From Lama glama (Eukaryota), in the NCBI GenBank assembly GCA_028534125.1, contig CM052816.1, positions 39,558,001 to 39,622,000 on the forward strand: a stretch of 64,000 nucleotides of DNA, read 5' to 3'. The notes beneath the pieces are model-generated. The model was not told the origin of the DNA, searched no databases, and worked only from the letters and a program-made list of their open reading frames with translations. Shown here piece after piece: positions 51,445 to 62,909 of this stretch. Numbering within the stretch: position 1 is the first letter of the stretch; each line of letters starts with the position of its first letter. Position numbers and translations under genes: made by a program.

Positions 51445-52035
51445 TGAAATAAAATGGAGTCACTTATGTCAAAGGGGTTTTAAATGGAGTCAGGAGGCCA
51501 TTAAGGAGGTGGACCTTAGACACAACCTCACAAGGTGGAACCATTAACATTTTAACTGGGCCAAACCACAAATAGTCCAATGACTTTGCAAGAACACTTG
51601 TAACTTGTCACAGTAACAATTTAACACTCAGACTTGTTCAGCTAAGAGGAGCTTCTGCCTCCAACTCCAATTAAAATCCTTTATAATGCAAACCTCCCGT
51701 CTTTGCCTTTAAAAGCTCCTGTACGTCAATAAAAATACTTTTTAAAAAAAAGAAGAAAAGGAAATGAATCGAATGCTTCATCAGGTTAAATATCAGGGTG
51801 GTATGATAGTTTCTGAAAGATAGGCATGTCACAGCTACATGTAACTATCAAAACTTATTTTACTTAGAAGCAAAAAAAAAAAACAAAAAAAACAAAAAAA
51901 ACCCCTGTACTTTTACTCCCTAGTGGGGATGCTGGGTTGCTACCTGAAGGAATCTCTGTCCTGAGGTACAACTCTTTGACTCTGAATAAATGCTTTTTAC
52001 TTGACTATCCCCTCCTAGGTTTAGTTTGGTTGACA
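51445..52035 (+). mobile_element. ERV1-type solo LTR carrying a retrotransposed insert
   Basis: TG...CA termini with perfect 4-bp TSD AATG (51441-51444 / 52036-52039); CCAAT ~51667; AATAAA ~51985. Confidence 0.8.
51725..51896 (+). mobile_element. L1-mediated polyA-tailed insertion, probable 3' transduction
   Basis: 14-bp TSD aaaagctcctgtac (51711-51724) / aaaaacccctgtac (51897-51910) at a TT/AAAA site; A tail from 51872. Confidence 0.75.
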
Positions 52036-53895
52036 AATGCATTAATAATGGAGGCTGACACAATGTCTTAACATGAAATTGCCAATCTTAGCAGTCGTGA
52101 AATGATCTTTTTCATTTGTGGGTTTTTTTTTTCATGGAAATGGATAGATAGCTCAGCTGACTGAAAGTAAAATCATATTTATATCCTATAAATTACTTAC
52201 AGAAAAGCCAAATATAACAGTGAGTTATATTCTAAATACTTGATTCTTCTTTAGAAGTAATACGATAAAAGTTTTGCCTCATTGTGATCCATCTTAAATA
52301 TAGAAAAATATCCCACTGGATCCCTTAAATGCTTGCCACCACCATGTAGCAAATAATCTCTTTCACACTCATCACAGATGAACGCTTTCTACTGTATTCA
52401 GACACTAAAATTGCTACTGAGACAGAGGCCGATTCCTGTTTCTTCCTTCCCTATTTTACCTGTACCTAGTTTTCTGTCAGAAAAAATTTCAAAAAGAAAA
52501 CTATGGCCTAATACCATGTATTAACCACACTTATTCAAAGAGCAGCACATAGTGAAAGGGAGGTCATTCCCTTATCAGTGGCAGGGTAGCAAATGAAAAC
52601 TCTGGTTTTGTGAAGCTAGTAAACCTTAAGTGCTAATACTTTGAAGATCTGTACTCTTGTAATTTAAAGTAACTTATTCAATTTCGTGTGGGAAAATCCC
52701 CAATAGTCTTATATACAGAAATACAATTATTGTATTAGTGCTCAAATTTTCACCTACATTAGGTTACACTGACCTTGGGGTAAATTTCTGCACACAAGTC
52801 CCGCTACCTAAGTTGCCATCGTCACCCATTTATTATTTACCATCAGGGATTAAACTAGAGGTATGTAGGGAGTTCCAGAAAGTGAAGAAGCGACATAAGG
52901 GTAGTGGGTGTCAGGAAAGGGGAGGAGTGAAATGGAATAGGGGTTTCAGGAAAAAAAGCCCTGAAAATCAGTAACATTCAGCAAAACAGAGGCAGTGAGA
53001 AGCCAGAAGAGGAATGCTGGAAATCTGGATGATGTTCTGACCTCACTTGATAAGACTAAGATTTCACAGCCTGTCGTGTGTACCACGCTTCTCTAAATCA
53101 TGTCTCTTCATAAAAACATTTCAGAAGCGGCATGTTGACCCTGAGAACTACTGTAGGAAAGCATCTTCCTAATTAGAACCATGAAAGTAGAATTTTCTAA
53201 TGTCTTTTTTCTATGGTATGTCTAGGGTGAACCAGTAGTTCTGAATGTGAGAAATTTTAATTCAAGAATAGTATTATAATACTAACAATTGCCTTATAAT
53301 GAAATGATACAAGGAATGGAAACTAGCATTTACTAAAACAAACATTCGAGCTGCTTTTGGAAGAAATCAGGCTTTCAAATTCAGAATTATGTAGAATTTG
53401 ATTCCCAGATTAGCATTTTAGGGACTAATTGGCTTTGAAACTACTTTGCTTTTAGAAAGACACCTTGTTGAACTCTTACTTCATCTGCTAAAATAAACAT
53501 TAACTTAAGAGGAGTGAAAAGAATGGTGGCATTTTATGAATATGGAAAGCAACATAAATGCTGAATGACAATCCCATCTCTGCACGACATCTGCTGAATT
53601 TTTGTTCGGAAAAGCTCCTCCTGTATGTATTAGATAACTGTTTCTTCTCCTCTGCATTAAATAAGTAAAATGAAAGTATATTAAGAAGCAGAAAATGGAT
53701 AAACACAGGAGAAGTTGAAGTTCTGATTGTATGTTTAATATATTAGAATTAATTGCTAGAAGTCTTTCAGCTGTAGAGTTGTTAAGACCAACACGCTAGC
53801 ACCAAGTCAAATAAATATACCAGAAACAGGACAAGAGCGCAAATATGAAAAAAAGAGTCATGCCACAAACGATGGATGTCTAAACCGTCAGCTGT

Positions 53896-54430
53896 GGGGA
53901 TCCAGGTTCCAGGTGACGACCGAATTAGATCCTGAACTCACCTCCCCCCACGGACATACCGAGTCTACAGCACCTAATCAACATTTTCCTCTTAAAAACC
54001 CACTCCATACCACGTAAACTAAAAAAAACAAAAACAAAAAACCAAAAAAGCATCAAAGCACGTAGAAGAGGCTGGGCCACAATCCCGCCATGCAACAACA
54101 CAGCCCTGGGCGCTGCGACCCCCGCCCGGCAAGGACAAAATTCAAATTAGGGCCGCTTCCCTGAGGAGCAAAAGGCTCGAAACCCACGTGGGGCACCTCA
54201 ACATTTTAAGATTCACACGCGAGAAAAAAAGCCCCCAAAACATCTAATTTTGGAAACCAAAACAGTTCGCGGTGAGCTGAGAAACAGAGCTGGCGCTACT
54301 CACCCACCCAGAGGCCCGGCGCAGACGCAGCAGCGGTGCCCGGATGTCACGGGAAAGTGGCTCAGCTGCTTATATAACAAGCGGCCGCCCGCCCGAGGGG
54401 CAGGCATCCAATAGGACGCGGGCATCTGGG
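53896..54430 (+). mobile_element. Orphan old L1 5' UTR remnant
   Basis: 'gatcctgaactcacctccccccacggacataccgagtctacagc', 'ccctgaggag', 'gcccccaaaacatct...gaaacca', 'gaggggcagg' occur in the order recalled for laurasiatherian L1 5' UTRs; no ORF1 follows. Confidence 0.65.
54298..54412 (-). promoter_or_regulatory. Minus-strand core promoter and 42-nt first exon (54345-54304)
   Basis: Inverted CCAAT 54408-54412, overlapping GGGCGG boxes 54385-54394, TATATAAG 54376-54369, CA initiator with +1 at 54345 (TATA at -31), donor TGG|GTGAGT 54303-54298; about 30 CpGs in ~420 bp. Confidence 0.6.
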
Positions 54431-54519
54431 CGTTCCGCTTGTGCGTGAGATTACCGTTTCTTCTCGCCTGCATTAAACAAGTCAGATGAAAGTAAATGTT
54501 GAACAAAATAGGCAGCTCG

Positions 54520-54555
54520 GTTTTGTTTTGTTCTGTTCTGTTTTGTTTTGTTTTG
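54520..54555 (+). repeat. (TTTTG/TTCTG)n pentanucleotide repeat
   Basis: Direct read. Confidence 0.9.
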
Positions 54556-54779
54556 TATCTGCGATTCTACCAGAATCACCAAGAAGGCCCCTGAATTCTG
54601 CTAAAGGTCAAATTTAAGTGCCTGCCAAATCAGGATTATTCCTAACACCTGGGAAGGGAGAGACGCCATCCACTTAAGCCTTTAATATTGAAACTAGAGG
54701 ACTGTGGAAGGCAAGTAGTAATAGCTGAAACTTTAAACTCAGTAGAATATTAGATGCACCGGGGTGGGGAGGGGGGCGA

Positions 54780-55325
54780 TCAGTTCTTTCCTCTTTAAGG
54801 AAACTGACTCTAACTTAAGCAGGAAAAGGGGGCGTATTTGGCTCACTAACTGGAAACGTCAAAGGAGAAAATGGGCTTCAGACATGACTGAATCTCGGCA
54901 TTACAACTATATAGTCAGGAATCTGTCTCTTTCTCCATCTCTTAACTCTTTCATTCACGTTGTCTACACTGGCAGGAATAAAATCAGCCAGCACCAGAGG
55001 GATTGAATTGTCTCTCAAGCTAGAAAATTTTGTGAAATTTAATGAAAAAGTTTACCTCTTCCAAAAGTTTCAACAACAGTTCAAACAGGGTTGGTTTGCT
55101 TGGCTTGTGTGATGTGCCCACCCCTAAACCAATCCCTGAGTCTACAGAATGAGGAATCTGATTGGTGGATCTGGGTAATGATTCAACCTCTGTCTGGGTG
55201 AAGGGTGCAGGGGTTTGCAGGTTACAGACATACCCAAACACAGAGAAGGGCTTCCTCAGAAGAAAGAGGACAAAGAAAGAGGAGCAAGAATACATGACGG
55301 GTGGACAGAGCACAGCCATCACAGT
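54780..55325 (-). mobile_element. Old MaLR (MLT1) LTR
   Basis: 'ctgactctaacttaagcaggaaaagggg..tatttggctcactaactggaa...gatgtgcccacccctaaaccaatc'. Confidence 0.55.
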
Positions 55326-55330
55326 CCACT

Positions 55331-55500
55331 ACAGCGTTGTTTCCCCTAGTCTGGTGCAGAAAGGGGCAGCAGCGACATCACCTGGGAGCCCGGTATAAAT
55401 GCAGAATCCTGAGGCCTACCCTAGACCTACTGAATCAGAGCTAACAGTCTAAAAAGATCCTCTGGTGATTGGTATGCATGTTAAATTTTTAAAAGCACTT
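55331..55500. mobile_element. MER5A-like hAT-Charlie element
   Basis: 'catcacctgggagc...aaatgcagaatcctgaggcctaccctagacctactgaatcaga...ggtgatt..tatgcatgttaaa'. Confidence 0.85.
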
Positions 55501-57277
55501 ATTGACAACTTGCACAGAGGATTACATCTATAACTAATCTCTCCATCCCTACTTTCTGCCAATTCATATCATTAATCTTTTGCTCACCCATATCCCCACG
55601 TTTTTAGGCTCTACTTAGTGGCACAGAGGTCCCAGGATGCCTTATACTTCCACCTAAGACTCTTGTATATCACAATAGCAGAAATAACCATGATGCAAAC
55701 TGACAGTAGGTAGCAAGTTAAGGTTTGCTCACATATTATTATGCCCATCAATTCTATTCTCTAGATAAATTCTAATTTAATTCTGTATTCCATTTTATCC
55801 TTTAATAGCTTTTCTTTGGATTTTTGCGAGATTAACTTATAGTTTATGCAGACATAAATCTAGAAGGATCATGGGATACACTTGTAGTCACAGGCCTTGC
55901 TCCAACCTTCTATAAATCACTTGATTGGCCACTATTTTCTCTATTGTCTGGATCATCTCCAATACCTAGACAGCGGATGTCAAAAACACTCACTGTTCTC
56001 TGTGTGCGTGCCTTTGTTGCTATGCTGCTTGCTTGCTCAGTGTTAACATGACAGTACTGTCGGAAAGTTTTCATTTTGGCCATCACTAATAGTTTCACTG
56101 CATTTTTTCCCATGGCACCTCATAAAATGCCCTAGAGTGTCTTGTTACACAGTTATGATCACAGGACTGAAGTGACTTTGGCTTTTCTTGTGGTCCAATT
56201 TACCAAGATACATCAAAAGTTTTGCAGAACCAACACTATGTGGCCAATGTTGCCTTAAACATGACATTTATTAGTCCTTTAAATAAACAGTAAATGGATA
56301 AATAGTAAATTGATTTATTTCTAAGGCTTTACTTCTATTAGCCACCAATATCTCTGCTTCCTGACTCCTGTTTTCCTGAAGACATTTTGCTAAAATGTGC
56401 CATTCTTGGAAACCAAAAATACCCTATTTTCCAAAGTAGAATGTTTACCCTTATTTTGTTTGTTAGTAAAACAAACAAAAAAAGGGGGAAATATTTAGGT
56501 TTGAAAAATTTAACTTGGAAATTAACATGTATTTGCAACTACTTTCCTCCACTTTTCTAAAATTCGGATCACTTTAAGGGCAACCACAAAGATTACTTGG
56601 AAATAATCATACTTTTTGGAGTATGCCAAAATGGGGCACAACTTGAAGACTGGCAGACAGATACACCAAGCCATGAAATGATTGTTTTATCTCTGCTGGG
56701 AAGTCATTTTGTCCTTTAAGGTGGGGAGAAATGGCAGGTGTAGTGGACAAACACTGAACATATTTTTCTCAGTAAAACAAAATTGCTTATCAGGTTTTAG
56801 AATACTAAACACCCATCATTCTAATTTTATTTTAAAAATGTAAACATACTACATATGAGTGCGTGTCTTAATCTAAATCATTCTTTAACCTGGGTTCAAG
56901 AGAAGCAACAAGAAAGAGAACCTCAAATACCTGGTAGAAGTGAGGCTGGGAAGTGAGAGAAAAGTGACTGAGATAATAGTTCTCTTAAATATTGAGTAGT
57001 TTGGGAGAATTTCTTTCATTGTCTACCCATGTAATGAGGGTTACACAACCAAGAATGGAAGGACATAATGTGATTTTTCAATATATTCATTGTTGAGTCA
57101 TCTCTCACAGCTCACGGAAGTTCTCTAAAAGGAAAAGTGTGTTTTCCCTTAAATTGCTTAGGCTTTTGAATTTACCAAGCTTTACGGAATTTTATTTGGA
57201 ATGTCTGATCTCTTGTAAGTAGTCCTAGGGCAATGAGTCTTTGTCAGGACAGGTCTTCTTTGCCTTGTATCCTTGAG

Positions 57278-57597
57278 AGTGCACTGCCCAATATGGCAGC
57301 TACCAGCCACATAGACCATTAAGCAGTTGAAATGTAGCTAGTTTAAACTGAGATGTACTGTGAATGTAAAATACACACTTAACTTTGAATATTTAATTTA
57401 AAAAACAAAGTAAAATACCTTACTTAGTTTTATATTGATTACATATTGAAATGATAATATTTTAGATGTAGTGGGTAAATACGTATTACTTAATTTCAAC
57501 TGTTTCTTTTCACAGTTTAAATATGGCTACTAAATAATTTAAAGTTATATATATGGTCCTCATTTGTGGCTCACTCCCTATTTCTTTTGCAGTGCTG
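57278..57597. mobile_element. MER33/MER3-like hAT-Charlie element
   Basis: 'gcactgcccaatatggcagctaccagccacat...ttgaaatgtagctagt...ttatattgattacatattgaaatgataatattt...cagtgctg'. Confidence 0.8.
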
Positions 57598-59519
57598 GTC
57601 TAGATTCTTTATTGTTTCTGAAAAGAATTTAACTTGTTACACAATCGCTTAATAATAGTTAAATTCTTAATTGATTAATGAGATATTCTTCTCTTCGCTA
57701 CTTCTGGCGGCAATGGAGACAGAAGGACATACACAACTCTAATGTAGTTTGAGATTAGAAGACTATATAATGCAATGTACTGTGTAGTGCTTTTCATTCA
57801 CTGTTCAAGCTATCAAATGAAATAGAGACTAACAAATGAGTTAATGTTTAAAAGAGAAACAGAAAGAAAAAATGTTTCCTTGAGTACTCTTTGGAAATAA
57901 CCAATGACCTTGGCATTTTGTGACCACATATGTGGCTGAGTTAGAGGTAATTTTTTTTTTCATATTAGAAGGAGGAACTGTTATTCTCTCAAAAGGAAGA
58001 TTTAAAATAAATGAGTGGCATTATCATTTATGTTATTGAGCACCAATTTTTGTTAGTAGTTGAATTCAACAGCCAATTGATAAAAATTGAGTAATAAGAA
58101 AAGACCTGGTATAAGAGAAAAAAATAGTGGAACAGTTGGTTTCCTAGGAAGCAATTTGCAGAGGTAGTCTGCAATGTAAAGAGTTGATGATGAATCTTGC
58201 ATTGTTAAGTGGTTTTGCTCAGGAATTTTATTGACACAATTATGATGCATTTTTCCATTAGAAAACCAATTTTCACTTAAGTGGTGAAATCAAGCTCCAG
58301 CTTGATTGTTATGGTGAGAAGGATTATGCTGTCAAATCAGATGGATTCACGTGAAGGCAATGTTTTTGTTGAGACAAATACTGAAAATTATTTGAGTGCA
58401 AAAGATCAGCACAGCAATAAACTTTCAACTTCACCAAATAAACTTTAAAGAGAACTTGTCTCTTCTTTCCTACATGAGAGTTTAAAAAGAATAGAAAATG
58501 CCATGGTACAGAATTTTATTTTTCACTATGAATTAAAAAATTAAATTTTGATTTTGTCTTGATTACCTGGAATACTATATTGATAGGTTTTTTTAACTTA
58601 TATTGTTAACGTTAGCTTGCCTTTCTGGCTTGAGACACTTCTTGCCTTTAGCTCTGCCTTGCAGATATAATAAATTCTTAATAAATGTTTGCTGATAAAT
58701 GAATGGGCATCTCAACCGAGAGATTTTTGAAAATCTGTTGTTATTAATGAGATATATTTAGCTACAGTTTCTGTGAATTATGGAGTCCTGAAATGAGTGT
58801 AATTATTTAATAAAATTGAATTCCGTGATGGTAAATAAGGTGATTCCATTGTGTTGTTGGCAAAAATTATAGGAATATGGGTTTTTTTTTTTTTTACTTG
58901 TTTCCCATTTGATGTAATCCAGAACTCTTAAGTCTGGGAGTATATGCAGATAGATGAATTGGAAATTGGACAGCCTTGAAAAAAAATCCTAAAACCTGGG
59001 ATCCCCATTGGAAGCAGCAGGGATTGACAATCCACAGAAGTAGATAAAATGGGTGGGAGAAACTACTGAAACCTGGGGGGTGTTCATGCATGTGATGAAG
59101 GGAGATGCATTATGTGCTGGATAGAAGTATATCAGCGTAAGAGGATGTAAGAGATTAAGCGCAGGCCAGGGATAACCACAGGTTTGCAAAAGTTGGGAAG
59201 ATGATGATGGTGGCACAGGTTTGGGGAAATACATTCTAATACTGTCCTACTGAAAATATGTGCAGATTCTTTCGGCATTTTGAATGGTTTGTGCTTATCT
59301 ATCTGGCAGGGATATCGTACCAGGAACACAATACTTGATAAATTGCTGGTGGAATGTAGTAAATTGCTGACAACTGGTGGATGCTTACCTTTCTGGACAT
59401 ATGTGAGGTGGTGGGCACAGAATCAGTGGATATGGGTTTTTATCTTGACTAGGGGTTGCACTAAGGCCACAGAAATGCAAAAATAGGGGGGGAAACCATT
59501 ATTTTATAAGAAGAGTACT

Positions 59520-59625
59520 ATTTAGATATATAACATTATATTAGTTCTAGGCATACAAAATAAGAATTTAACATATGTATTATGCACAATGATCGCGATA
59601 AGTTTAGTTAACATCTATCAACTAT
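59520..59625 (-). mobile_element. Old L1 3' end fragment
   Basis: 'ataacattatattagttctaggcataca...ataagtttagttaacatctatca'. Confidence 0.65.
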
Positions 59626-60689
59626 TTTTTTTATTGTCTGTATGTTCCAAACCCTGTGCTAGGCACAGGGAAAGTGGTTGTGAAAACAATCAGATATTTC
59701 TCCTATCCTCATGAAATTAACTTTCCAATGGTAGGAAAAAATACATTCATTAAGTATAAAATTAAAGATTAAATTAGAAAACATTAAAACCAAATTATAA
59801 ATACTATAAAAGTAAATAAAATAAAAACTATTAAAAAATTTATATCTATAAAGATTACATTCATGGTGCTCTGAATCCTTTAATGAGAAGACTAGATCCT
59901 GCTCCCTAAGCTACATATGGACTATGGAATTCTAGATCCTTTCTGAGACTCAAAAGGCAGGCAATCTATGTGGGAGAAGATAGTGATACCCTGGTGGAGG
60001 GGGTAGCATCTCTGAGGATTAGCTATCCATGGATAAAGTGTCTTAATTTGCTATAAGAGAATGCCCGGCCACAAGGCTTCCCCTGCTTCTCTGGTTGTGG
60101 TGGGGGAACACAGGAAAAGTTGCGAAGAGGTATGGATGCTTCTTTAATTTTGGTAAAACCTGTATTTTTTCATTTTTAAACAGCTAAAGTAAAGTATCTT
60201 ATTAGGCCAATTCATCAAGCTGTGCCTTTTTCTTAGTTTTTTCCTGGAGCTAAGCATCTCTGAGTTTACATGTCTCACAGGTGGGACCCCACAATACATC
60301 ATTTTACCTACTGGAAGGAGAGGTGTCAGAGTGGCCTGGCAGCCCTCCACGAGCACAAGATCATAAATGGGGCCCATTTTCTCTTTGTCAATATGGAACT
60401 GGTTGATCGCCACTTCTTCTGAGACAGTCAGAGGTAGACAACGCTGGCAGGGTCACAGGCTGGCTAATAGGCACTCTGAGCAGCAGCTCCTAGAATGTGG
60501 GTAGTGCAGTGACAAGCACAGTGTTTAGAACGTGGTGGTTCTATGAGGCTTTGGGAGTTAGCTGCAGGTTAAGGGCACTCCTAGCCCAAAGAAATCCACA
60601 GTGCTTTTAAACTGTGAAAACCTGACACCTGTCCGGACCTCCAGTTGCTGCATGCCAAGCCACAGTAAGGCCAGAATCTTCCCGGGAGA

Positions 60690-61210
60690 CACAGCGTGGT
60701 GCTGGCAGTGGTGAAGAAGTGGCCCAGTTTGGGGAACAATGCATTCCCCTTCTTTGATAACTAAACATCAGTTTCCGCAGGTAGCTATGTTCCACTTCCA
60801 AGGGAATCCCGATTGGTTGAAGTGTATCATGTTAATTCATGTTATGTTCTTCACTACTGCCCAATTTAAGTTCAGCATGAGGCCAGGCAAAAAAGTAAAA
60901 AGATGTCTCCTGAGAAAATTCTGGAAAATATTTTCCTTCCTATGAAGAGAGAAACTTTTAAAGAAAATGCTGTCAGTTCCTAGGTTAGATGCTGTTGTGT
61001 GAAGCAATGGTGCCTGCAGCCAAGTAGCCCTCCTTCCACGAGAGAAGGAGGGGAGAGAGACTTCACCACCAGTAAGAAGAACAGAGAAGAAATAAAGCAT
61101 CCTCGAAGATATCACGGAGTAACCGAAAGTACCTTGGGACTTCCACCTCTCAATGATGTCTTAATTAAACAACTAATAAACAACTAATACCCTGTGCTTG
61201 AATCACTAAT
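60690..61210 (+). mobile_element. Old MaLR (MLT1) LTR
   Basis: 'gcccaatttaagttcagcatgag...ttctggaaaatattttccttcc...ccttggacttccacctct'. Confidence 0.45.
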
Positions 61211-62785
61211 GAAAGCATTCTTTTGATGATGTAATTCCCGCTCTGAGGATCTAAGGTGCTTGCTCTCAAGCATTAAGCACTTTCAGGATTCTAGAGGCCC
61301 TGGCAAGTGGACAAAGTACATTACCAGGTCAGTAGGATGGCTTTGACCTTGGCCACAGCTGGCCTGATAGAGCAGCATGGGTCTGATAAAAGTACCTTAT
61401 CTGGCATGCCTACATCCTCAGCCCTGGCCTTCAGTGGACAGGCCCAAACGTCCCCGCGGAAGGGATGAACTAACAGCACAGGGTGGAGGGATGTGCACGG
61501 CCTCTGATGAGGGTTTTTATAATCCCCTCTCATATCTTCCACTCCCCTTTCTCCTCCTCAGCTGCTCAAAGTGCTCTGTTGAAAAATAGCAGTGACCGGG
61601 GCTGGGAAATTTATAAGAAATTGACACTTTCACCATTTCACTGTTGAATGCTTGGGGAAAGGAAAAAACATTTGTTTTTCGTTTTTGCAGGTGCTTTAGT
61701 CCTTAACAATCTCTTAACTAATTCCAGGAACAGGGGAAAAGTAGTCACAGATTCATAATCTAAAATTTCATAATTTCATGGCACTAAAGAAAGAACTAAG
61801 CTCTGTGGACAGAAGTAATTGTTGAAGGATCATGGGAAACATTTGGGGTAAGTCAGGAGATTTTAGTTTGTCCAGCCCCACTATTGACCAGCATTGTGGT
61901 CTTGGATCCCAGTCTACTTAATTGTAAAATGAGGTATTTAAATTACAGTTTCTTCTGCTACAACGTTGTGTAACTCTCCTACAGTCCTCATTGCTTTGTT
62001 GTTCTACTGGAGGCTTCAAACACAAGCTGCAGTCTTTGTCACAGCTCTAATATATATTGTGCTATTCCATCTTTAAAAAAAAATGAGGTAGAACGTATGT
62101 GCAGCTTTTGGTAGCCACTGGGCTTTATATCAAGTGACTCTTGATAGTTTTATACCTATAGGGCCAAATACATCAAAGGGATGATCCACTCTGTAACTCT
62201 TGACATTTTTTACCTTGTCGTACAGATGCATTTTCAGCTACATCTGCCAATACTAAGGTTATCCTCAAGGACTTAAAGTAACTTTGGACTTCTCAAATAA
62301 AATTGAGTTTTCTGTGTCTCCTAATACTTTGTATGTGGGAAAAAAAGGTCTATTTTGGCATTAGATGGGAGCAGTTAAGTGTTGTTGCTAGTGACGACAG
62401 ACATTGTCTTTCTGCAGGACAAAGAGTTAAGTGCTTAAAGCTGTGTGTATATCTATCTATCTGTCAATCCACCTATCTATAAATATAGATATAGTGACAG
62501 ATATAGATATATCCTAAACTAAAGGCCTCCAGGATGTCGCTGCCGATCTGCCGATTTCCCTGTGAGTGTATTAAGTACCATGGACTCTTACCAAGAGTTA
62601 AGGTGTGAATGGAAGTTCTGTTATCATCCACATGGTGCCCTTCCACCAGAAAGAAATGCTGTGCCTTTGGAGAATCCAGCTAGTTAGAGAGCTTTTTCTG
62701 ACTCATCCAGAGGAAGAACTCTGGCTCTTTCCAAAGAAGGATTTATTTTCCTCTGAGTAGCCGTACACATTTCTCCCTACCCCAG

Positions 62786-62909
62786 TGATTCACGTGAGGA
62801 GCTGGCCAAGCAGCCAGATATAAAAACGAAGCTGTGATGCATCCACCTCTCTCTCTGGAGCTTTCTTTTCTTTTGGAGTGTATGGATGCATTTTCAATCA
62901 AAAGTAAGT
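62786..62909 (+). promoter_or_regulatory. Candidate TATA promoter and short first exon
   Basis: TCACGTGA E-box 62790-62797, TATAAAAA 62819-62826, expected TSS ~62845-62850, ATG 62882, donor AAA|GTAAGT 62904-62909. Confidence 0.45.
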
